Source of the DNA: the human T2T-CHM13v2.0 reference genome, Homo sapiens
DNA: 64,000 bases
Direction: 5' to 3' (one strand)
Assembly (NCBI RefSeq): GCF_009914755.1
Contig: NC_060941.1
Of this stretch, positions 51,331 through 64,000 are shown one piece after another. The translations under genes and the position numbers were made by a program. Numbering within the stretch: the stretch's first letter is position 1; each line of letters starts with the position of its first letter. The notes below the pieces were generated by a model that had not been told where the DNA came from, did no database searches, and saw only the letters and a list, made by a program, of their open reading frames with translations.

Positions 51331-52298
51331 CGCCGGAGCCCGGGCGCGGCGGGGCGGGGGCGGGGGCGGGTGGCGCGGCCTGGTCCGCTGGCCCCGACCC
51401 GCCCCTGCGCCCCGCGACCCTCCCGAGGCTCGCACGGCGCCCGGCTCCGTCCCGGGCTGGGCTGCGCACCGCGCCTCCTGCTCCCAGAGCTCGCAGCCGA
51501 CTGTGCGGGAGCTCTCACCGCCGCCCGCGAGGGCCCGCCCCGCCGGGGCCCGCCACCTCCGCCCCGGCCCGGCCCGGCCCGCTGCCCCTCGAGGCCCCTC
51601 CCGCCGCATTCCCGGGCCCCTCTCCCCTCTCCGGAACCGCGTCCCCAGACCTGACACTCGGGGCAAGTGCGCCTCGGAGGACACACCAGCCTGCCCGGAG
51701 CCTGGGTTTGAGCCCGCAGCTCACGAGTGTGTGACCTTGGGCCAATTTCGAGGACCCCTCAGGTTATACAGCGAGGCAGCATCTTGAGGGCTGCCATAAA
51801 AGGGAGTGACCACTCTCTGGACACTGCAAAGCCCTAGGGAGACTGAGGCACTATTTTTAAAGGCCAGTGTGTCTGACTGGAAACGGAAGCAGGAAGGCTT
51901 TGAGAGCCAAAGAATGGGCCCCAGGCTAGACTCGCCTGGGGCACCCAGAGGTACAGGGGACAAGCTGCTTCTCAGTCCCCCGCTCCCATTTCTTTTCTGT
52001 TTTGATTGTACTGAGGGCTCCCCAGGGAGGGGTGGTCCCGGTCCCGGTCCCGGGCAGCCCTAGTGTGGACAGAAGACAGGCAACCCGCAGCCACAGCAGG
52101 GCCGAGCGGAGAAAGGAAGGGTGGCTATGCCAGGCCTGGCTGCCGAGCCCCATCAAGCCCCAATGAGGCCCCTGAGCAGGGAGCCGTCTCTGCAGCGCCA
52201 CCTGGTGATGGTAGGGGAGCTACGGCCAGAAGGTGACCCCCGACCCCAACCCTTCCAAAAAAAGTCCCCCATCAACCATGGCTCTTGGTTGCAGCTGT

Positions 52299-52304
52299 TT
52301 TATT
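52299..52304 (-). terminator. FDXR poly(A) signal AATAAA
   Basis: tttatt on the + strand, ~300 nt after the FDXR stop. Confidence 0.85.
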
Positions 52305-52511
52305 TCCAGCATGTTCCCAACCTGGTGACCCTCCACAGTCCAGCAGTAGAGAGATGGGTAAGGGGTTAGATCGGCCCACACCTCCACCTGTCCCTAAGGT
52401 TACCTCAGTTGCTGAAAGCTAAAACCTTGCGCGCAAGGGCGACCTTCCCCAGGAGGGAGGAGAGACGCTGGAAGAGCAGCCAAGCCTCCAAGCCAGGGCC
52501 GGCCGGGATCA

Positions 52512-53210
<699 letters not shown>

Positions 53211-53654
53211 TTACCAGGCCGACCCCCTTACACCTCAGTTTCCCTGTAGATGAGGGGATCCCTAAGCTTAGGAGCTGAGGCTTGCTCCCCTGCAGTTTCA
53301 GTAGGCCCTTGGTAAATGTTTACCAAGTGAATTAATCACTAGATAGGTATGTGGGCACTTAGTAAAACTGGACGCTCCCTGAGGACACAGGCTGCCTTAT
53401 TAATCTCCAATCCCAGCACTAAGCACAGGGCCTAACCCAGAAAAGACCTCAGTAAACGTTTGTTGAATGACTTAATGACCCGACGTATGTCACATATGTC
53501 CTAGCCAGACTGGAACTTCTCTCAGGGCCAAGAGGAGGGCGGCACTGGGTCCTAGAGAGGGCCTGCCCTGCAGAAGCTTCTCAGTACATGTTGCTAGATG
53601 AATGAACGCATGGCCCCAGGAGATACCAGCTTCTCGGCCTCTCACCATAATTCA

Positions 53655-54215
<561 letters not shown>

Positions 54216-54218
54216 CTA

Positions 54219-54383
<165 letters not shown>

Positions 54384-54609
54384 TCAGGCCCAGAACACAG
54401 TCCACCTGAGCCCACCCCAGGGTCCAGCCCAGGCAGGAGAGACCACCACCCGCCTCCTCCCCAAAGGCACAGGGCCCCCGGGGCCCTGACTGCTCCCCTT
54501 CTTCCATCCCAGGCAGCAGCTACTCCCAGGGGCTCTGCCCCACCCCAACCCCTTAAGGAGAGGCCCCCTCCACCTGGAACCCTGGCTCCTCCCACTCTGG
54601 CCCCAGCAC

Positions 54610-54717
54610 CTTAATGGTGAAGGCCACTTGCAGGGGTCCACGCCGGCCCACTAGCCACACTGTCTTCACTCGACTCTGCCTCAGTACACCCAGGGCTGCC
54701 TTCGTGATGTCCGTTCT
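54610..54717 (-). CDS. FDXR: FDXR exon 7 (108 nt; RTDI...[14 protein letters not shown]); alternative acceptor at 54735 adds ALLLCQ
   Basis: GRRGP NADP-binding motif. Two acceptors 18 nt apart. Confidence 0.96.
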
Positions 54718-54899
54718 CTGGCACAAAAGGAGGGCCTTGGAGTCATCAGACACTGACCGAGGAAAGGGGACTCTCCATTTGGTCATGTCCCCACCGTGGG
54801 CCTGGAGAAGGCTGGCGGCTCAAAATTGCGCCACTGCTCCCCCCTGGTGGCCAGATGGAGCATTGCTGCCAACTCTGCAAATGGCTCCAACTAATAGCA

Positions 54900-55330
54900 C
54901 ACCAGGCCCACACTTTCATTCAACAAGTATGTAGTGGGCCTCTACCATGTGCTCACCCCCATGCAAAGAGCTTGGAGGGGCGGGGTGGTCAATGGTGAGG
55001 AAAAGAGACAAGGAGCAGGCCCTCTCAGAGCTTGTGATCTGCTGGGGAGAGAAATACTCATCAAATACTCATCAATGTGTGTAAAATTGCCGTGGCGATG
55101 ATATGCGGTGAAACAGAAGTAGACAGGTCTATGGGAGGAGGCACGATGGGGGAGTGGACCAATTCAGGGAAGTCCTGGAGGAAGGGACAACCGAGCCAAG
55201 ATCTCAAAGATGAACTTTAACTGTTAACTGGTGGGAGGTGAGTGGGGATGATCCAAGCAGGGGATGTGGCTTACTGAAGAGTAAGAGAAAAACGCCACTT
55301 AGCTGGAGTGCAGAAAGTGAAGGGAAAATG
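54900..55330. mobile_element. L2 fragment (FDXR intron 6)
   Basis: cattcaacaagtatgtagtgggcctctaccatgtgc...ccctctcagagcttgtgatctg is an L2 3'-end pattern. Confidence 0.6.
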
Positions 55331-55459
55331 GTAGAAGAGGAAGCTCATGGCACTGCCCTTCAGAGAGCCTCTGCCTGGGCACCACGGGGAAACAGAGGCA
55401 CTGAGCCCAGCTTGGAGAGGTAAGGCCTGAACCCTGCAGACAAGGGCACTCTCTCCTCA

Positions 55460-55660
<201 letters not shown>

Positions 55661-55916
55661 TCAGTCTGCAGGTGCCTCATGCCTGGTCCCCACTGTGCCC
55701 TGGGGCTTCCCCACACCGGGAAAGTCCACAACTCTGGTCCCTCCTCCCCCACCTGGACCCAGCTCTCCCCCGAGGCCCTCCACAGCTGGCCTCCCGCCTC
55801 AGTCAGCACAATGTCACATCTCGCCACTGGATGGCAGCTCCCTCTTCCCCCAGGTCTGGCATCCAAGGGCTGAGGGGCGGGGAGGAAGAGGCAGCGGGCG
55901 TGCTCCCCATACTCAC

Positions 55917-56030
55917 CTCCTGGTTCTCAGGAAGCCCGTTGTACCAGCCCACGAAGGCCCGGGCGGAGCACACACCTGGCAGCTCCTCACCAGGAATTTC
56001 CAGGGCCCGATGGTCCTCTGCCCCGTAGCT
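55917..56030 (-). CDS. FDXR: FDXR exon 5 (114 nt; SYGAEDHR...FVGWYNGLP)
   Basis: AG/GT boundaries, phase 0/0. Confidence 0.97.
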
Positions 56031-56231
56031 CTGATGAAAGATGGCAGGCCCGAGACCCACAGCCTTCAGCACCAGCACTGATAGGCCGGGCAGCCCCCCA
56101 GGCTCCCAGCGGCCTCCTTCCAGCTTCTCAGCAGCTTGCATCCTGGCCTCACCCCTGCTGCCTTCCACCCCGAGCCACCGGCCTCCTTCTGCAGCCCCTG
56201 CCTCCCCAAGCCAGGGCCTAGCTGCACTCAC

Positions 56232-57199
<968 letters not shown>

Positions 57200-60020
57200 T
57201 CAGGGCGGCTTCTTTATCTTCTCAGGTCAAGCACAACCCACAGCCCTGGCCTCCAACCCTTCGACACTTGGGACCCTCAGGTCCCAGCCAGTCTGAGGAC
57301 CTGAGGGCCACCCTCTGAATTCACAGGTGCCTTAGCTCTAGTGCCCAGGACCATGCTCTGGGGAAAGGGGAGCAGCAGGACAGGGAGGGGGCACGGCTGG
57401 GAATTCACGGGAAAGAGAGGTGGAAATGGGCCTGCTCCCACTCTTAGAAAGACAGTCTCAGGCACTGGTTCTGCATGACCGCCTTCCCAGGGCACCTTGA
57501 GAGGCCGTGTGAAAGGCACAGGGTCGGGGGTCCAGCAGGCAAGTCTGGTATGGCTCTGCCACCAACCAGCCACATGATCCCAGCAAGTCCCAGGGCCTCC
57601 CCAAGTCTCAGTCTCCCCCTCTGCACACTAGGATGGATGACAGCTCCCTCTCATGGCTGCTGGAAAGCACCAGGAGGTCAGGATGGTGAGACTCTGGGCC
57701 ACAGGCCGGTTAGCAGTAAAGCAGTCAGGGGTCCCACAGCTGACACACCCAGCCCCCCATCCTATCTTAGGTCCCCGCTATGACACCTCCAGCTTCACTG
57801 GGACTCAAGGCAAAGAAGCCCCTGCCCATCAGTCTCCCTACCCCCAACAAAGGCTCCCACCCACCTCTTCGCCTTTGCCCAAATCCCCCCTTCCCCTCCA
57901 CTCCCCTGCCTGCACCCAAGTCCACCCTCCCCCACCTCCTGCCTCTCTCCATCCCAGGCCAGCCACAGGGGGCTACCCAAACCACCTCCCTCAAGCCCCA
58001 CGATGTTGTACCCACAAAGCGCTCTGGGCTTGGAGTCAAACAGGTAGCCTTGGATGCCAGTCCCAGCTCCAGCACTAGCTGGCTCTGTGCACTGGGGAAA
58101 GTTTCTTCTCTGTCCAAAAGAAGAGCCCTGTGGTGTCCTGCTCAAGGTTAAATGAGTAATCAGGCAGCCCGGGGTGCAACCTACTCTGAGTGTTCAATCA
58201 AGAAGAGAGCTATCATTACTATTCTGTTGTTGTATGTCACTGCCTTGCTCAAAAATCTTCGCTGGGGCCCAGTGCCACAGCATAAAGTTCAAACTGCTCG
58301 GCCTAGAGGTCAACACCTCACCCAACCAACCTCTCTGTCCTTATCTTCCATTCTTTCCTGCGACAGATCCTTCACTCTGGGTCACGATGTCCTCTCCAGG
58401 GCCACCTCCGGAACGCTAAGTCTGCCGGATATTCTTACCCCTTATCTCTCGTGGCTGACCTCATCTTCCAGGTTTCCTCCTTCCTTCCTTCCCTCCCTCC
58501 TGTCCCTCTAGCTGCTCCCCGCTAACAAGGACATTCTCTGAGGTTCTTCCGATTGGCCCCCCTCCCTCCTCCCTGAGGATTTAACCCACTCCCTCCTGCG
58601 ACCCCAAATTCCCCTGAACTTGCTGATGACTTTCTACTCTCTCTCTCCTGCCCAGACATCTCCCCAAGCTCCAAACCTGAGACCCTTGGATGTCCCACCC
58701 CAGACATCTCAAATCCATCCAGTTTCAAGCCAAGTCCCCTTGCCCCAAACCGCTCCCCACTTCTGCTCCTGTTCCCTCGACCCCATCCACTCAGAGCCCA
58801 AGCTGGAACCTGGGGCTCCTCCCTGACCCCCGACCTGATCCCATCAATCCCCCATCCTCCCAGTCCTCTTCCTCACTACAACCCCAGCAGCTCCCCACTG
58901 CCATCTGGCCACCAGCCCTGCCTGGACCTACGCTGCAGGCAGAGGGGGCATCCTGAAGGAAAACAGCAGCCCGAAAACTCTCCAGTGAAGCCAACCATCT
59001 ACAGCTGTGGGCACAAGAATCCTTCGGGGTGTTTAACATTGCTGACTCTTGGGCCCAGCCACAGAGTTTGATTAGGTCCAAGTTAGGCCCAGGAATGTGC
59101 ATTTTGATAAGATGCCCCGGGAGACTCTGATCGGGGAAGAGGAGGCAGCTGTGGACACCTCCCAGCGAAACCTGCCTCCAGAGCCTGGTCAATGGCTTCC
59201 AAGCCCCCCAGGATCTGGGTCCTACCTACCTCTCAGCCTCGGCTCTCACCTCCTCACGCCTTACTGCACACAGGCACCTTCCAGAACTTGCCCTTTCCCC
59301 AGAGAGCCATTCTCTTCCTCTTTGTTCACGCAGTTCTCTGTGCCTGGGACACTCCTGCTATTGTCCCCCAACCTGACATCTACTGTCCTTCAGACTGCAA
59401 TTGGGACATCTCTCCCTCCAGACTAGGCATGGACCCCCTCCCCGCACCCCAGTCTCTGTGCTTATAGCCGTCAGAGCCCTAAAATACCTTGTAAATTATC
59501 CACCTGTCCCCTCCACATTCGAATGTCAGGTCCTCGAGCACAGGGACCACGTCTGTCCTGTTCACCCCCATGTTCCCAGTAAAGCCTGCGCCCAGAACAT
59601 GTTACGTCCAGTAAATGATTACTGAATGGATTAACATGGATGGCCTCACATGGAGCTGCCTTCGCTCAGATCCCAGTGCCATCCCTGCTCCACGGTGGAA
59701 GCTTGGACAACCTCACTTGGCCCTAGCATCCTTACCTGTGAAGCAAGAGGCACGACACCTGCTTTGCAGGTTGTCATGAGGATGCTACGAGATGCTGTGC
59801 TCAGTGCCTGACTCAAGCTAAGGGCCACTGTCCCAAACGTGCTGCATGTGGTCCTGTCTTAGGAGCACAGCCAGTAGCTTGGAGCTCCCTGTGGGCAAAG
59901 ATCAGCCCAAGGATCAGAACAAGGATTGTACCTGGCCTGAGCCCCTCCCCATCCCATTCCACAAGGAAAGCATGTGCACGTGTCTGCCAGCTGAATACAG
60001 TCGTGCTAAGAACACTGCCT

Positions 60021-60367
<347 letters not shown>

Positions 60368-60513
60368 TCAGGCTCAGCTAAAAAAAACCGTCCCTTATAC
60401 AAAGCCCTTCAGGGCCTCTCCAACCCCCATGTGCTCCCTGATCTCCATCCCAGAGCCCAGGCTGTCCTCCCTCCCACATGGCAGCGTGCCCAAGGCCTTG
60501 CATTCCAGGATGA

Positions 60514-60954
<441 letters not shown>

Positions 60955-61748
60955 TAGCTCTTTCACCCGTGTTGCCTGGGAAGCATGCACGGGTCACTTT
61001 TCAGCAGAGTGATCAACTCATCCCAGTTTCCCAAGAACTTCCAGCTTAGCGCTGAAGCCCCTTGTCCTGGGCAGTCCAGGCCAGTTGGTCACCCTACATT
61101 TCAAGCATCTGTGTGTGTGTGTATAATTAAGATATTCATCCTTTCTCTTGTCTCTCCACGGACACTCCAAGCCTCTCCAAAGCTAGGCAACTGTCTCACG
61201 TCTCAGTTAACCTGGGTATCCCCTCTCTACTCTGTCCCAAAGTCTGATGTGGAGTCTCAAGTAGAACCTGTAGCCTTGGCTTGGGGCCCTTCCTGCCGAG
61301 GCAGACACTGAAAGCCTTGAGATCCTGGCCTTCACAGGGGAAGGGGGAGGGGCAGAGGGCAGGCTGAAAGAACAGAATGGCACGGAGGACTGGAGCTATG
61401 GGTGAGGAGGGCATGGCAAGGCAGGTAAAGTTACAGAAAGCGGAGGAGGTGGGTAGCCTCGAGATGTAGGATGTTTGGGATAGAGTGAAGATAGACGAGA
61501 GAGGAGGGAAGATGAAGGAGGACAAAGTCATTTTGCAGGTCTACATAAGCCCCCTGGAGTGCTTGGCCAGGGAGGCAAAGCTGACCACCTGCCACTGACC
61601 ACTCACCACCAATGTGCGTTTTACACCCCTGTCACACTGAGGACGGGAGGGGAGGGGAGCCTCAGGTGTAGGTGAGGAAGCAAGTGGGAAGTGTCCAGGC
61701 CAGATGGCTGGGAGCCCCTTCCCCATAAGGCAACCAGGAGTGCTCTTA

Positions 61749-62186
<438 letters not shown>

Positions 62187-62594
62187 CTATCCAATCGGCT
62201 AGAATCCCACATCCTTCCAACGGCCTCCATATCATCCCAATCTCGCCCCCGTGGGTCTCCCCACGGTGTCCCTCCTCTAACCCCTCTCTCTCTCCACAAA
62301 ACGCTATATTGCCCATATAGACCCGTCTTATTCCTACAGATCCCTGTTTCGACTCAGACTTTCCTCTCGCCCCACAGACCTCCGTATCATCCTCCATTCA
62401 CCCCGTCTCACACCTGTAGATCTCAAAGTCTCTCCTTTTCACCTTTGTTGACCTCCGTCTCTAACCCTAGAAGCCTCACATCTCACGCACAGATCTCCGC
62501 CCACCCCCGTACACCACCGGGATCTCGCCAGCAGGAAGACACCCCTTCAGTCTCACCCTTCTCCAGCCCTGCCCCAGCTCTGCTCCGACCCCTA

Positions 62595-62927
<333 letters not shown>

Positions 62928-63849
62928 CTACGCCCCACCGTCGAAGCCCCGCCCCTCGGAGCATCCGGGGTATACGCGATTTAATACATTTCTCCCCAGG
63001 CCTCACCTTCCCTCCAAATCCCGGAAGCCTAGGGTTGGAAGAGAGCGAATCCCCATCGCTGTTTCAGTCCCTCCCCAAGGAAACAGCCACTAAGAAAGGA
63101 GCTTATTTTACTTAGCCGCGCCCCTCTCGGGAGGCTCTCGTCGCTCACTGATGACGCAGACGCCCTTGCCATTTGATTGCGAATCCTCCCACGTGACTTC
63201 GTCCTAGCCAATCACGAGTCCGGCTCCAAGCGAGCCTTCCCGCCGTTGGGAAATAACCAGAGTGCGGAAGTCTGGGGCGAGGGAGCTCCTTCCCGGAGCC
63301 CAGCAGCCTCCTTCTTCGACCCCGGGTGTTGTGCCGATGTAACCCCTCAAATCCCCGTCTTTGCCGGGCCAGGGAGAATATTAAACCCTGGAAAGCTCGT
63401 CCCACCTCACCTCCTTTCCCATTACATAGGTGAAGAAAAGCGGGGCGGGGCAGTGGCTTACGTATGGTACTAAGGACAGAGCGTCCGACCCCCGTGCAGC
63501 CAGCCGAGCCGGGACCAGAGTTGAGGTACTCCCCTCGGGTTCAGAATTTAAGGGGGCTCCAAAACACTCAGTAATCAAGATAAATATAATACTGCAACGT
63601 TTTAAAAGGTCAAAAGTAATGCAAAAAGTCTATGATCAAAATGTTTTTAAAAATAAGGACAGGATCCGTAGTCACAGCTGACCCAATAAGCCTAACCCCT
63701 CTTCCTTTTCCCCATGGGCCCTCTTGTCAAATATTACTTCCTTGGAGAAGCCTTTTCTCTGACCCGTCCCCTCCCAAGTTCCAAGGAGTTAAAGGCCTCT
63801 CATTCCACAGCATCTGACCTTATCCCATCATGACTTACTACACTGGTTG

Positions 63850-64000
63850 TCGTTTTTAATGAGATTTTAAATTCAATAATAACATACAGAAAAGTGCACA
63901 AATCATGAGTGTACAACTTGACAATATTTCACAAGGTGTAACCATATAACCACCACCCAGATCAAGAAATAAAACATGGCCAGTATCCCAGGAGTCCTCT
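63850..64000 (-). mobile_element. Old L1 (L1M-type) 3' fragment
   Basis: aacatacagaaaagtgcacaaatcat..gtgtaca..accaccacccagatcaagaaata is a typical reverse L1M 3' pattern. Confidence 0.65.

Larger units (their letters stand above)
49300..51720. promoter_or_regulatory. GRIN2C promoter CpG island
   Basis: Very high GC and CpG density, multiple GGGGCGGGG boxes, no TATA box seen. Confidence 0.9.

Noticed and set aside
50157-51734. 525-aa + strand ORF and 397-aa - strand ORF over the GRIN2C CpG island
   Set aside because: The 525-aa ORF starts at TTG. Both are Pro/Arg/Gly/Ala low-complexity with no domain. Stop codons are simply scarce at this GC content.

Overview
This is human (primate) genomic DNA, recognisable from the encoded proteins as the TMEM104-GRIN2C-FDXR locus (17q25.1). 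(1) The + strand carries the 3' part of TMEM104/SLC38A12: a 94-nt coding exon at 9524-9617, the last coding exon from 25701 (stop 26461), and a ~3-kb 3'UTR whose poly(A) signals lie in a MIR. (2) The - strand carries complete GRIN2C (NMDA receptor GluN2C): non-coding exon(s) in a CpG island at ~49.3-51.7 kb and 12 coding exons (44878 to 32210). These join with GT-AG boundaries into 3711 nt, or 1236 aa. (3) The - strand also carries complete FDXR (adrenodoxin reductase): 12 exons (62732 to 52603), 1476 nt, 491 aa, with a p53 element at its promoter and several alternative acceptors and exons. The rest is intron or intergenic DNA with 16 Alus, MIR/L2/L1/MER33/MER5/MLT1 fragments, a VNTR and two old local duplications. 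I see no evidence of a wholly new gene or biological system. Most ORF-track entries are GC-rich or Alu shadow ORFs, many starting at TTG/GTG. The best leads are regulatory or RNA-level: possible p53-driven FDXR read-through into GRIN2C with a CTCF-like motif between them, a frame-preserving GRIN2C exon 8-11 block bracketed by inverted Alus, a CGG repeat with tandem uORFs in the GRIN2C leader, and haplotype markers (a 9-nt PPE duplication and FDXR Arg123). Exon coordinates were hand-counted and checked by phase and length sums. Repeat boundaries are approximate.
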